Shown piece after piece: positions 1 through 9,969 of a stretch of 64,000 nucleotides of DNA (positions are counted from its first letter, which is position 1; every line of letters begins with the position of its first letter). This DNA comes from Bacteroidales bacterium (GTDB taxonomy: Bacteria; Bacteroidota; Bacteroidia; Bacteroidales; UBA12077), in assembly GCA_028282585.1 (NCBI GenBank), contig JANQHR010000062.1:6916-70915 (forward strand), given 5' to 3'. The translations under genes and the position numbers were made by a program. The notes beneath the pieces were generated by a model. It was not told the DNA's origin, made no database searches, and saw only the letters and a program-made list of their open reading frames with translations.

Positions 1-542
1 AAAATATACCTTTCCTTACTTTCAAGACAAGTAGCAATTCCGCTTTCATCAAATTCCAATCGGTGCCCATACTCACTCATCCATCCTACTTGTTTCCCTG
101 GATTACCTACCACTAAAGCATATGGTTTTACTTCTTTAGTAATTACAGCACCCGCCCCGATAAAAGCAAATTCTCCGATATCATTTCCACAAACAATGGT
201 CGCATTTGCGCCAATCGATGCTCCTTTTTTTACAACCGTTTTTTCATATTGATCTCTTCTAATAACTGCGGATCTGGGATTAGTAACATTTGTGAATACC
301 ATAGAAGGGCCCAAGAAAACATCATCTTCACAAATAACACCTGTATAAATCGAAACATTATTTTGAACCTTTACATTGTTTCCTAAAATAACATCAGGAG
401 ATACTACAACATTCTGTCCAATATTACAATTGTGGCCAATAATGCAGTCTTTCATAATATGAGAAAAATGCCAAATCTTGGTTCCTTCTCCTATTTGACA
501 CCCTTCGTCTATTACAGCAGTTTCATGAGCAAAGTAGTCCAT
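1..542 (-). CDS. Hexapeptide-repeat (left-handed beta-helix) sugar N-acetyltransferase, WbpD/WlbB-like; C-terminal end lies beyond the window edge
   Basis: Absent from the ORF track because it runs off the left edge. Reverse complement from ATG 540-542 reads [47 protein letters not shown]..., with imperfect hexapeptide repeats. Lies downstream of a DegT-type aminotransferase in the same orientation. Confidence 0.8.
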   Translation of the reverse strand, partial: MDYFAHETAVIDEGCQIGEGTKIWHFSHIMKDCIIGHNCNIGQNVVVSPDVILGNNVKVQNNVSIYTGVICEDDVFLGPSMVFTNVTNPRSAVIRRDQYEKTVVKKGASIGANATIVCGNDIGEFAFIGAGAVITKEVKPYALVVGNPGKQVGWMSEYGHRLEFDESGIATCLESKERYI

Positions 543-556
543 TATCTAATATTTTT

Positions 557-1015
557 CTATGATTTTTTAAATAAAGCCTGGCAATAAGATTTAGTAGAAT
601 TTATAATCTCCATCAGTTTTGGAGCAAAAAAAAATGTCTCTTTAAAGATATTTTTAATATCTTCCATAACATATTCATGTGTTATTTCATTTCTTAAATC
701 TTTTATCCGACGAATTTCATCAACACTTTTAAACAACCTTCTTTTATGAGCACGGTTCACAACATCTATCATGGTTCCATGACCTTCAAATTCTACAGCA
801 TCAATACTCCTGAAAACCTTTTGGATTAGGATATCTACTACTCTTGCATACCGACTTGTAAGAGTTTCAAAAATATCGAACTCATCAGCAGTATAATTCT
901 CTTTTATTCCAATTCCGGAACACTTTTTATAAGACCTGTTAAACCATGAAAGTGCGTCATCAAGAATATCAAGATTCTCTTTTAAATTAGCAATATAATC
1001 CTTTTGATTCCTCAT
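557..1015 (-). CDS. HEPN-domain protein (putative toxin of a HEPN/MNT pair)
   Basis: 152 aa, helical, with the Rx4H HEPN motif near the C-terminus (RNEITHEY). Lies 18 nt downstream of a minimal nucleotidyltransferase gene. Confidence 0.7.
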   Translation of the reverse strand: MRNQKDYIANLKENLDILDDALSWFNRSYKKCSGIGIKENYTADEFDIFETLTSRYARVVDILIQKVFRSIDAVEFEGHGTMIDVVNRAHKRRLFKSVDEIRRIKDLRNEITHEYVMEDIKNIFKETFFFAPKLMEIINSTKSYCQALFKKS

Positions 1016-1033
1016 TTTCAGTTCATTTAAGAA

Positions 1034-1351
1034 TTACAATAAAATAGCATTCTCCAATGCAATACGAACAAATGGTTTTTTATCATCTTTAGCAATTATC
1101 ATATCTATTTTTTGCTCTCCTATTTTTTTATACAACTGAACTTTTATCTTTAATTTATCACTAAAGCTAAGCTTTTGACTAAAAATCAACAAATCAATAT
1201 CCCCTCCTCTTTTACTATCATCAGTTCTTGAACCATAAAGCCAAACTTCTGCATCTGAATCAAAACATTCAATTGTTTCTTTTATTGCTGATATTTCCTT
1301 TTCTTTTAATCGCACAAAATGACCTGGTCTGTAATTAACTTTATAAACCAA
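1034..1351 (-). CDS. Minimal nucleotidyltransferase (MNT) domain protein, putative antitoxin partner of the HEPN protein
   Basis: 105 aa. Has the pol-beta-type NTase signature G-S-x(9-10)-D-x-D (LYGSRTDDSKRGGDIDLLI). Overlaps the 3' end of the aminotransferase gene by 11 nt. Confidence 0.8.
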   Translation of the reverse strand: MVYKVNYRPGHFVRLKEKEISAIKETIECFDSDAEVWLYGSRTDDSKRGGDIDLLIFSQKLSFSDKLKIKVQLYKKIGEQKIDMIIAKDDKKPFVRIALENAILL

Positions 1352-2468
1352 ATAAAAAATCTTTTATCGAAAATACAATAAATTCCTGCTCTTCTTTGGT
1401 TATTTCAGTATGAATTGGTAAAGATAATACTGATTTTGATAACTTTTCAGTTATTTCAAAAGTTTCGCCATTATCTTTTATATAGGCTTTCTGTTTATAT
1501 AAAGGAACAGGATAATATATCATTGTAGGAATCCCCTTTTCTTTCAAAAAATTCTGCAGATCATCTCTGTTAACGGTCTTGTCTAAAACAATTGTATACT
1601 GATGATATACATGATCTGTATAATTAGCAGCCTGGGGTATTCTTATTTTATCAATATTTCTTAATAAATCATTATAGATATCTGCAGCTTTCTGTCTGGC
1701 TAAAGAATATTCATCAAGGTATTTTAATTTAACATCTAATATTGCTGCTTGTAAACTATCCAGTCTGGAATTACAGCCTATGATATCATGATGATATTTT
1801 TTACTTTGACCATGATTGGCTATCATTTTGCATTTTTTTGCAAGGTCATCATCACTAATAAAAATTGCACCACCATCTCCATAACAACCTAAATTTTTTG
1901 AAGGAAAGAATGATGTTGTGCCTATATTTCCTATTGTGCCAGCTCTAACCGTTTTTCCATCCGAAAAAGTGTATTTAGCACCAATGGCTTGAGCGGTATC
2001 TTCAATTACGTATAAATTATATTTAGAAGCAATTTTCATTAAAGATTCCATATCAGCACATTGTCCATAAAGATGAACCGGAACAATCGCTTTGGTTTTT
2101 GAAGTTATTTTTTCTTCAATTTGATTTATATCTATTGTAAAATAATCAGGATGTACATCAATAAATACCGGTTCAAGTCTTAAAAGTGCAATAACCTCTG
2201 CAGTAGCGACATATGTATGAACAGGCAAAATAACTTCATCACCTGGTTCTAATCCTAAGGCCATTAAAGCTATTTGCAATGCGTCAGTACCATTCGCACA
2301 AGGAATAACATTTGTTCCACCTAAATATTTGGAAAGATTTTTTGCAAATTCCCATACCTTCGGACCATTTATAAATGCAGTAGAATCTAATACGTTTTGA
2401 ATTTCATAATTTATTTCTTCTCTGATTTTTTCATACTGACTCTTAAGGTCAACCATTTTTATATTCAT
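1341..2468 (-). CDS. DegT/DnrJ/EryC1/StrS-family PLP-dependent sugar aminotransferase
   Basis: 375 aa. Family-typical N-terminus (DLKSQY...I...V..S..FI.G) and a PLP-lysine region (TTSFFPSKNLGCYGDGGAI). Confidence 0.9.
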   Translation of the reverse strand: MNIKMVDLKSQYEKIREEINYEIQNVLDSTAFINGPKVWEFAKNLSKYLGGTNVIPCANGTDALQIALMALGLEPGDEVILPVHTYVATAEVIALLRLEPVFIDVHPDYFTIDINQIEEKITSKTKAIVPVHLYGQCADMESLMKIASKYNLYVIEDTAQAIGAKYTFSDGKTVRAGTIGNIGTTSFFPSKNLGCYGDGGAIFISDDDLAKKCKMIANHGQSKKYHHDIIGCNSRLDSLQAAILDVKLKYLDEYSLARQKAADIYNDLLRNIDKIRIPQAANYTDHVYHQYTIVLDKTVNRDDLQNFLKEKGIPTMIYYPVPLYKQKAYIKDNGETFEITEKLSKSVLSLPIHTEITKEEQEFIVFSIKDFLFGL

Positions 2469-2507
2469 AAAGTTATTTTTTAAAGAATAAATAGTTTGAA
2501 TATGGCA

Positions 2508-2906
2508 TTAAAATTCTTTTTTATTTGTAAGTTTCTTTTTACTTGTTAACCAGTTATTTTTTACATATTGTATGAATTTATTTATCTTTTTTCCTAAAAT
2601 CTCATATTCTTCCATAAGTTCTATTAAAGGATTATCAGGAAAATGAATATCACTAATCATATTTAATTGAGAAATGGCTTCATCACAAGAGCTTTGAGAG
2701 TATGTTAAAAATCTTATAAAGTCATCCTTATATCTTTTTCTTCCATACCCTTCAACAATTGTATCTTTTACACTTTTACTTGATCTTCTAACCTGGCTTC
2801 CTTGTTCATATAACTCGTATTTTGGCAAAGTCAAACTCATTTTATGAACTTTAGCGGCTAGTTTATAATCAATTTGATAAATTTCTAAATCTCTATAGCT
2901 TTTCAT
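2508..2906 (-). CDS. Four-helix-bundle protein (23S rRNA intervening-sequence / S23-type family)
   Basis: 132 aa. N-terminus SYRDLEIYQ...A..V......P..E.Y....Q.RRSS.S....I.EGYGR is the signature of this family. Confidence 0.8.
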   Translation of the reverse strand: MKSYRDLEIYQIDYKLAAKVHKMSLTLPKYELYEQGSQVRRSSKSVKDTIVEGYGRKRYKDDFIRFLTYSQSSCDEAISQLNMISDIHFPDNPLIELMEEYEILGKKINKFIQYVKNNWLTSKKKLTNKKEF

Positions 2907-2965
2907 ATTTTATTAAATCAAAACTAGAAACCTGCAACCAGTAACTATTATTTAAACTGTAAAAA

Positions 2966-2998
2966 TAAAAAAAAGCCCCAATAAATAATCAGGGCTCT
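2966..2998 (-). terminator. Weak candidate intrinsic terminator after rny
   Basis: On the minus strand, AGCCC/GGGCT 5-bp stem (2974-2978 with 2992-2996), a 13-nt loop, then a U8 run. The short stem makes this tentative. Confidence 0.35.
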
Positions 2999-3017
2999 TA
3001 AAATTTACGTACAAAAC

Positions 3018-4589
3018 TTATTTAGCATAGTTTATCGCTCTTGTCTCCCTAATAACCGTAATCTTTATTTGACCGGGATAAGTCATTTCATTTTGGATTT
3101 TTTGTGAAATCTCATATGATAGTTTTTCAGCATCCTCATCACTTACTTTTTCGCTCCCAACTATTACGCGCAATTCTCTTCCTGCTTGTATAGCATAAGT
3201 TTTCATTACTCCAGGATGTTGTAAAGCTAAATCTTCCAAATCTTTTAATCTTTTAATGTACGATTCAACAACCTCACGACGGGCGCCCGGCCTTGCACCA
3301 GAAATGGCATCACAAACCTGAATAATTGGTGATAACAGCGATGTCATTTCAATTTCATCATGGTGAGCTCCGATGGCATTGCACACCTCTGGCTTTTCTT
3401 TGTATTTCTCAGCGATTTTCATACCCAAGATAGCATGTGGTAATTCTGGTTCATCATCTGGTACTTTACCTATGTCATGCAATAATCCAGCTCTTTTGGC
3501 TAATTTTGGATTAAGTCCTAATTCCGACGCCATAATCGCAGATAAGTTAGCTACTTCGCGGGAGTGCTGCAATAAATTCTGTCCGTACGACGAACGATAT
3601 TTCATCTTACCAATTAACCTGATTATTTCTGGATGCAATCCATGAATCCCCAAATCAATTGCAGTTCTTTTACCAACCTCAACAATCTCCTCTTCAATTT
3701 GTTTTTGAGTTTTTTGAACTATTTCTTCGATTCTAGCCGGATGAATTCTACCATCAGTTACTAGTTGGTGAAGAGCTAATCTTGCGGTCTCTCTGCGCAC
3801 CGGATCAAATGCCGATAAAATAATTGCTTCCGGTGTATCATCTACTATAATTTCAACACCGGTAGCAGCTTCTAAAGCTCGTATATTTCTTCCTTCACGC
3901 CCAATGATACGTCCTTTAATTTCATCATTATCAATGTTAAAAACAGTAACAGAGTTCTCTATAGCAGTTTCTGTAGCAACTCGCTGAACAGTTTGTACTA
4001 CAATACGCTTTGCTTCTTTACTAGCCGTCATTCTGGCCTCCTCCATAATCTCATTAATTTCAGACATAGCTTCGGTTTTAGCTTCCGCCCTTAAAGATTC
4101 AGTAAGCTGATTTTTAGCATCTTCAGCTGAAAGTCCTGAAATTGCTTCCAATTGTTCTACCTGCTGTTTGTGCATTTTATCCAGTTCTTCACTTCTTTTC
4201 TCAACCAAATCCATTTGTACCTGCAGGTTCTCTCGAATTACTTCGGTTTCCTTTCTTTTACGCTGATTTTCTTCAATCCTTTGTGAAAGTGAAATTTCTT
4301 TTTGTTTAAATTTATTTTCAGCAGTAATTAATTTATTCGATCTTTCATTAATCTCCTTTTCATGCTCACCCTTTAACTGAAGAAATTTTTCTTTAGCTTG
4401 AAGAATTTTGTCTTTCCTAATAACTTCAGCCTCAGCTTCTGCTTCCTTAATTATTTTTCTACTTTTGGACCTTAGAGCTTTATCCCATAAAAAATAAGAC
4501 AAAAAACCTCCAATAACCAAAGCAGCAGAAGCAGCAATAATAACAATTATTGCTACCGACATTGCTCCAAATATTGTTGAAATAATCAT
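3018..4589 (-). CDS. rny: Ribonuclease Y
   Basis: 523 aa. N-terminal TM helix, long coiled coil, KH domain ([15 protein letters not shown]) and HD domain (LLHDIGK...GAHH). Confidence 0.95.
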   Translation of the reverse strand: MIISTIFGAMSVAIIVIIAASAALVIGGFLSYFLWDKALRSKSRKIIKEAEAEAEVIRKDKILQAKEKFLQLKGEHEKEINERSNKLITAENKFKQKEISLSQRIEENQRKRKETEVIRENLQVQMDLVEKRSEELDKMHKQQVEQLEAISGLSAEDAKNQLTESLRAEAKTEAMSEINEIMEEARMTASKEAKRIVVQTVQRVATETAIENSVTVFNIDNDEIKGRIIGREGRNIRALEAATGVEIIVDDTPEAIILSAFDPVRRETARLALHQLVTDGRIHPARIEEIVQKTQKQIEEEIVEVGKRTAIDLGIHGLHPEIIRLIGKMKYRSSYGQNLLQHSREVANLSAIMASELGLNPKLAKRAGLLHDIGKVPDDEPELPHAILGMKIAEKYKEKPEVCNAIGAHHDEIEMTSLLSPIIQVCDAISGARPGARREVVESYIKRLKDLEDLALQHPGVMKTYAIQAGRELRVIVGSEKVSDEDAEKLSYEISQKIQNEMTYPGQIKITVIRETRAINYAK

Positions 4590-4618
4590 ATCTATATATA
4601 TTAATTTATATTAAAAAA

Positions 4619-4807
4619 CCCGTATTATTTTCTCTAATTCTCTAAAAACCCCAGATTAACATGGGTGGAGCTGCTATTCGAATTCGGCCATCCCCTGTTC
4701 CCGAAGGAATTCCGACGAATCGGAATGGGGCCCGCCCTCAATCAAATAAGCTTTACTCCAATTAGTAAAGTGTTGAGTTTCACAGACATTAAAGAAATAA
4801 TACGGGC
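4619..4807 (-). ncRNA. Structured ~190-nt RNA between zapA and rny; 6S (SsrS)-like candidate
   Basis: A locally GC-rich island in AT-rich DNA. A 12-bp perfect closing helix pairs CCCGTATTATTT (4619-4630) with AAATAATACGGG (4796-4807). On the minus strand two hairpins carry UUCG tetraloops (UUCC-UUCG-GGAA and AUUCCGA-UUCG-UCGGAAU), and the closing helix is followed by U6. No ORF. The size and the position downstream of zapA match E. coli ssrS. Confidence 0.5.
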
Positions 4808-4835
4808 AAAATCGTAATTATATTTTAAAGAACGT

Positions 4836-5129
4836 TTAGTATTCTCCTTTTAAAAATTCATTTAATTCGTTATCCAACTCTTTCAATTCTTCTAAAACAG
4901 GTGATGCTTCTACATTTGTGTCACACTCAATAACCTTAATCACATATTGTAAAGCTGCCATAGCCAAGAAATCTTGCGTATCTTTATCCGTATATCTTTG
5001 TTTATATTGCAAGACCTTCTCATTTATCATTTTTGCTGCCTTACGAATTTTCTCTTCATCTTTTCTATCTATTTTTAGTGGATAATATCTATCAGCAACA
5101 TTAACCCTTATTGATAATTTATCTTCCAT
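4836..5129 (-). CDS. zapA: Cell division protein ZapA
   Basis: 97 aa. Contains SIRVNVADRYYPLKI..KDEEKIRKAAKMIN......DTQDFLAMAALQ, the typical ZapA pattern. Confidence 0.8.
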   Translation of the reverse strand: MEDKLSIRVNVADRYYPLKIDRKDEEKIRKAAKMINEKVLQYKQRYTDKDTQDFLAMAALQYVIKVIECDTNVEASPVLEELKELDNELNEFLKGEY

Positions 5130-5143
5130 TATCTATTCAGATT

Positions 5144-5443
5144 CTATCTGTTTAAAAGAGCAATACATTTGTCGATCTCCCGCACAATTCTATTTATCTT
5201 TATTTTTGCATCGTGGCTATCGCCCGTTGATGCAACAAGACTTTTTGCTAATTTAAGCTTATTATGTTTATTTTTCAAAAAGTCAAGTTCTGCTTCTTTA
5301 TTTTTTAGTTGAGTATTATAATCTTCTATTTGTTTTTTTAATTCAGTATTTTCTGCTTTTAAATTATTGTACAAAGATAATAACTTTTTAACCTTATCCT
5401 TTAAAGTAATTACAATATCTTTTTGTTCAACTTCCATAAACAT
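5144..5443 (-). CDS. Small coiled-coil protein upstream of zapA (function unknown, possibly division-associated)
   Basis: 99 aa with heptad-rich K/E/L composition. Lies 14 nt upstream of zapA on the same strand. Confidence 0.5.
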   Translation of the reverse strand: MFMEVEQKDIVITLKDKVKKLLSLYNNLKAENTELKKQIEDYNTQLKNKEAELDFLKNKHNKLKLAKSLVASTGDSHDAKIKINRIVREIDKCIALLNR

Positions 5444-5589
5444 TTAATTAAAAGCAAAGGCAAAATTAATATAGCTAATGTTATTTTAAAAATATTAATT
5501 ACGTATTTTTATTATAAAACAAATTAAATTTTAGATTTGTTGTTTTAAAACGTACATACTAATTAACCTGTATAAATTTATATAAAATA

Positions 5590-7305
5590 ATGCAATATAA
5601 AAAGTCCGGTCTAATAATTTACTTAATTTCAATATTCTTAGCAACATTTGGTCAAAATAATAATCAAAATATAAATTTTGCATCTCCGGTTGATATACCT
5701 ATATTTTTATCCGGTAACTTTGGAGAAATAAGATCAACACATTTTCATGCTGGTATAGATATAAAAACACAAGGAGTTATTGGAAAGAAAATCTATGCTG
5801 TTGAAGATGGATTCATATCAAGAATTAAAATTTCTATTAACAGTTACGGGAAAACCCTTTACATTACCCATCCAAATGGTTACACTACGGTTTACGGACA
5901 TTTAAATAGTTTTATACCCGATATTGATTATTTTATTAAGAATCTTCAATATCAAAATGAAGAGTTTGAAATAAATTATTTTCCAAAACAAGACCAATTC
6001 GTTGTTAAAAAAGGTGACCTAATAGGATATTCTGGAAATACAGGAAGTTCTCTTGGCCCTCATCTGCATTTTGAAGTTCGCGAAACTAATAATCAAATTC
6101 CTGTTAACCCTTTACAATTTAACTTCGACATAAAAGACAATCTTCCTCCTGTTTTATATCATATATTTGTTTACCCTTTGGGCAATTCAAGCCATATTAA
6201 TCAAAATAGACAAAAGAAAAGCTTTAAGCTCAAAAAGCATAATGGAACATATTCATTAGTAGATACAAATAAGATTTATTTATCCGGACAAATTGGATTT
6301 GGTATTGAAATGTATGATTATTTAAATGGCTCAAAGAATCGCTGCGGAGTCCATACTTTATCACTTTTTATTGATAGTCTTTTAATATACCAACATGTTA
6401 TTAATAAATTTTCGTTTTACGAAGCTAGTTTTGTTAAAGGACATATTGATTATGCAGAAAAAGTAAGGTCAAAAAAAACTGTTCAGAAAATGTTTATATC
6501 TCCAAATAATAAACTAAGCATTTATAAAGCCAATAAAAATAAAGGAGTATTTACTTTTCAAGATGATACCACTTACAAAATACATCTCATAGTAACCGAC
6601 ACTTATGGGAATGAATCAGAGTTGAATTTCTATGTAACTGGGAAAGAGCCAAATCTTGAATATGATGAATTAATCTCGGATAATGGAAAACTAATGAATT
6701 GGGATCAGGAAAATTTATATGAAAATGATGAGATAAAAGTTCAAATACCGAAAGGGGCATTGTTTGATACTCTTTATTTTAAATATTCATCAAAACAACC
6801 CGAACTTAAAGCCTACTCCAGTTTACACCAAGTACATAACATATATACACCGGTATTAAAACCATATTCGCTTAATATCAAAACCAAGAATTTACCTGCC
6901 GAATTAAAGGAAAAGGCATTTATTGCCGAAATTCAGGATGATGAGATAAACTCCATTGGAGGAGACATAATAAATGGATATATTACCGGCCAAGCAAGAT
7001 CATTTGGTGATTTTGTTGTTCTAGTTGATACTGTATCACCTATAATTAAACCATTATCAGATTTTAGTAACTTGCAAAATGAAGTAATAAAATTTAAAAT
7101 TACTGATAAATTAACAGGTATTAAATCATTTAATGGTTACATAGATAATAAATGGGCTCTTTTCGAATTTGATCAAAAAAATGATTTACTATTTTATACA
7201 ATTGATACAGCTAGAATTGAAAAAGGAATTGAACATGAACTGGAGTTATTTGTAATTGATAATTTGGACAATATATCAACCTATTACACCACTTTTTATT
7301 GGTAA
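5590..7305 (+). CDS. M23-family metallopeptidase (peptidoglycan endopeptidase-like)
   Basis: 571 aa with a signal peptide. M23 motifs HFHAGIDI (HxxxD) and GPHLHFEV (HxH). Confidence 0.85.
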   Translation: MQYKKSGLIIYLISIFLATFGQNNNQNINFASPVDIPIFLSGNFGEIRSTHFHAGIDIKTQGVIGKKIYAVEDGFISRIKISINSYGKTLYITHPNGYTTVYGHLNSFIPDIDYFIKNLQYQNEEFEINYFPKQDQFVVKKGDLIGYSGNTGSSLGPHLHFEVRETNNQIPVNPLQFNFDIKDNLPPVLYHIFVYPLGNSSHINQNRQKKSFKLKKHNGTYSLVDTNKIYLSGQIGFGIEMYDYLNGSKNRCGVHTLSLFIDSLLIYQHVINKFSFYEASFVKGHIDYAEKVRSKKTVQKMFISPNNKLSIYKANKNKGVFTFQDDTTYKIHLIVTDTYGNESELNFYVTGKEPNLEYDELISDNGKLMNWDQENLYENDEIKVQIPKGALFDTLYFKYSSKQPELKAYSSLHQVHNIYTPVLKPYSLNIKTKNLPAELKEKAFIAEIQDDEINSIGGDIINGYITGQARSFGDFVVLVDTVSPIIKPLSDFSNLQNEVIKFKITDKLTGIKSFNGYIDNKWALFEFDQKNDLLFYTIDTARIEKGIEHELELFVIDNLDNISTYYTTFYW

Positions 7306-7315
7306 AACTTTAATT

Positions 7316-9088
7316 ATGAAAAAAAGAACACTATTTACCTTAATCGCAATTATTCTTGGAATTTGGTATTCATGTACATCTTCCAATGGAAACCCTGAGA
7401 TAACAAAAGAAGAATTATATAATCATATTAAGTTCCTTGCAAGTGATTCTTTAAAAGGAAGATATCCAGGCACGCCTGAAGATAAGGTAGCTGCATTATA
7501 CATTGCCAATGAACTTAAAAAAGATGGCTTAGAACTGATGTTCAATGAAGGTTTGCAAACCTTCGAAATAAGTGGAGGTATAAAAGCCGGTCCTAATAAT
7601 CATTTATCTATCAACACAGTTGAATTCAAGTTAGGAGAAGATTTTATTCCCGTTGTTTTTAGTAAAAACAAATTTTTAAAAGCAGAAGTTGTTTTTGCAG
7701 GATATGGGTTCTTTATTAAACAAGGTGATTCGAAATGGAACGATTATAAAAATATTGATGTAAAAGATAAATGGGTTTTAATACTTCGAGGAGAACCTAA
7801 AAATCCTGAAACGGAATTTTCGTTTTCTATGTATAGCGGACTTCGTTCAAAAGCAATTACAGCTAAAGATCAAGGTGCTGCAGGAGTAATATTTGTTTCA
7901 GGAGAAAGATTCGATGAAGGTGATGAACTTTTAACACTTTCAAAACCTGAGGGAGAAATTGATATTCCTGTAATTCAAGTAAAAAGGGATATTGCTAATC
8001 ATATTTTAAAGAAACATGGTAAAACTATCAACGAAATTGCATCAAACATAAAAAATGATCATAATTCTTTTTCAACAGAGGTTACCTTAAATGGACAAAC
8101 AGAATTGATGGTTGAAGAAAAAGAAACTTTTAACGTTGTTGCAAAGCTTATAAATGACCCAAAACGTGAATACATTATCATTGGTGGGCATTATGACCAT
8201 TTAGGATTTGGAGGGCAGGGAACGGGCACCCGAGCCCCCGGAGTTAATGAACCGCATTATGGTGCAGATGACAATGCATCTGGCGTAGCATCCATGTTAG
8301 AAATTGCCGAAAAACTTTCGAACAAGAAGGATAGTTTATATTACAACTACCTTTTTATAGCCTTTGGTGCTGAAGAAATGGGATTAATTGGTTCCAAGTT
8401 TTTTGTTAATAATTTGCCATTCCCGGATAGTTTGATAAAAGCTATGATAAATTTAGATATGCTTGGAAGAATGAAGGTAGACAGAAGTCTCCAAATTAGT
8501 GGTGTTGGAACATCTGTTGAAGGAGAATCTATTTTAAATGATTTAAACTCAGGTTATAATTTTAAGCTTGGTTTTTCACAAGAAGGATATGGACCATCCG
8601 ATCATTCATCTTTCTATTCAAAAGATATACCTGTATTTTTCTTTTCTACAGGAGCGCATATTGATTATCACACGCCTGGGGATAGTCTTGGAAAGATAAA
8701 CTTTCCAGGTCTTTTAGAAGCATCAAATTATATTTATGATTTTACGTTGGAGATTTCAAATCCGGATCAAATGATAACTTTCCAGGAAGCAGGACCTAAA
8801 ATGCCTAGTGGCAACACAAGAAATCAAAAACTAAAAGTGACATTAGGTATTATGCCAGATTTCTCAGGAGTTGAAAAAAGAGGATTAAGAGCTGATTTGG
8901 TGATTAAGGATAAACCTGCCGATAAAGCAGGAATGTTATCGGGAGACGTTATTATAGCAATTGATGGATATTCGGTTAGTGACGTTTATGAGTATATGGA
9001 AAGACTGTCAAAGCTAAAAACTGGTCAGATTATAACTCTGGAGGTAATAAGAGATGATCAAAAAGAAGTATTAATTGTACAATTGTAA
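7316..9088 (+). CDS. M28-family peptidase with PA and C-terminal PDZ domains (lipoprotein)
   Basis: Start moved to ATG 7316 (MKKRTLFTLIAIILGIWYSC, lipobox-like). M28 metal-ligand regions are GGHYDHLG, GADDNASG, FGAEEMGLIGS and DYHTPGD. The C-terminal part looks like a PDZ domain (GMLSGDVIIAIDG). Confidence 0.85.
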   Translation: MKKRTLFTLIAIILGIWYSCTSSNGNPEITKEELYNHIKFLASDSLKGRYPGTPEDKVAALYIANELKKDGLELMFNEGLQTFEISGGIKAGPNNHLSINTVEFKLGEDFIPVVFSKNKFLKAEVVFAGYGFFIKQGDSKWNDYKNIDVKDKWVLILRGEPKNPETEFSFSMYSGLRSKAITAKDQGAAGVIFVSGERFDEGDELLTLSKPEGEIDIPVIQVKRDIANHILKKHGKTINEIASNIKNDHNSFSTEVTLNGQTELMVEEKETFNVVAKLINDPKREYIIIGGHYDHLGFGGQGTGTRAPGVNEPHYGADDNASGVASMLEIAEKLSNKKDSLYYNYLFIAFGAEEMGLIGSKFFVNNLPFPDSLIKAMINLDMLGRMKVDRSLQISGVGTSVEGESILNDLNSGYNFKLGFSQEGYGPSDHSSFYSKDIPVFFFSTGAHIDYHTPGDSLGKINFPGLLEASNYIYDFTLEISNPDQMITFQEAGPKMPSGNTRNQKLKVTLGIMPDFSGVEKRGLRADLVIKDKPADKAGMLSGDVIIAIDGYSVSDVYEYMERLSKLKTGQIITLEVIRDDQKEVLIVQL

Positions 9089-9091
9089 ACT

Positions 9092-9913
9092 ATGAAAAAG
9101 ACATTATTTTGGACGTTAGCCATAATTATAACGTTAGCATCAGCCTATTATCAGCGAAAAACGGGACCGACTTATCCTAAGAATGTCGAGGTAGAACTTG
9201 AAAGCGAGATTGTTAAATTTAAACTACCAAGAAGTGGAGATTCAAATAAAGATCAGGAAATTAAAATTCCGCTTCAAGATAAATCCTATAGAGTAATATT
9301 GAATTATCGCCGTTATCCAATAAATGAACCTTTCCAAATGACTGATTTTGTGGCAGAGGAAGAAAATCTTGTTGCCTTTCTTCCAAAACAACCACCCGCA
9401 GGTAAATTAGAGTATTATCTCGTTTTTAAAGATTTGAGTAACAATATTATTTTTGAAACTGAACATGCAATTATCAGATTTAAAGGTAGTGTACCAGCTT
9501 GGGCTTTAATTCCGCATGTTATTTTCATGTTTGTTGCTATGCTATTATCCAATATTGCAGGCCTTTTTGCTATAGGTAAAATGGGAAAACATGTTTTATA
9601 CGGTAAATTAACTTTACTATTACTTTTAATTGGAGGTTTAGTATTCGGACCCATTATACAATATTATGCATTTGGTCAAGCATGGACCGGTGTACCATTT
9701 GGATGGGATTTAACTGATAATAAAACATTAGTAGGAGTTCTATTTTGGTTGGTAGCAGTTTTAAGCAATAGAAAGAACCCAAAATACAGATATACTATAA
9801 TTGCTTCTATAGTATTGCTAATTGTTTATATCATTCCGCATAGCTTATTTGGATCAGAATTGGACTATGAAACTGGTAAAGTCGTGACAGGATTTATAAA
9901 ACTATTTTTCTAA
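9092..9913 (+). CDS. Integral membrane protein, function unknown
   Basis: 273 aa. N-terminal TM helix, a ~120-aa soluble segment, then about 4-5 hydrophobic helices. The start lies 3 nt after the M28 stop. Confidence 0.6.
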   Translation: MKKTLFWTLAIIITLASAYYQRKTGPTYPKNVEVELESEIVKFKLPRSGDSNKDQEIKIPLQDKSYRVILNYRRYPINEPFQMTDFVAEEENLVAFLPKQPPAGKLEYYLVFKDLSNNIIFETEHAIIRFKGSVPAWALIPHVIFMFVAMLLSNIAGLFAIGKMGKHVLYGKLTLLLLLIGGLVFGPIIQYYAFGQAWTGVPFGWDLTDNKTLVGVLFWLVAVLSNRKNPKYRYTIIASIVLLIVYIIPHSLFGSELDYETGKVVTGFIKLFF

Positions 9914-9922
9914 AATAAAGAA

Positions 9923-9945
9923 AGCAGGACTGGAGTAGTCCTGCT
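9923..9945. terminator. Bidirectional hairpin between convergent genes
   Basis: AGCAGGACT (9923-9931) pairs with AGTCCTGCT (9937-9945) around a 5-nt loop. The flanks are T-rich on the plus side and A-rich upstream. Confidence 0.6.
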
Positions 9946-9969
9946 TAAATTTCTTTTTCACTTTCTAGC

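Noticed and set aside
3373-3645. 90-aa plus-strand ORF inside rny
   Set aside because: It is antisense to the strongly supported RNase Y CDS, has low-complexity Ser/Cys-rich composition and shows no motif. It is a shadow ORF.
7256-7315. N-terminal extension of the M28 peptidase ORF overlapping the M23 gene
   Set aside because: The extension (MIIWTIYQPITPLFIGKTLI) precedes a perfect lipoprotein signal that starts at ATG 7316, so the downstream start is preferred.
9415-9654. 79-aa minus-strand ORF inside the membrane protein gene
   Set aside because: Antisense shadow of a hydrophobic-protein CDS, with no independent support.
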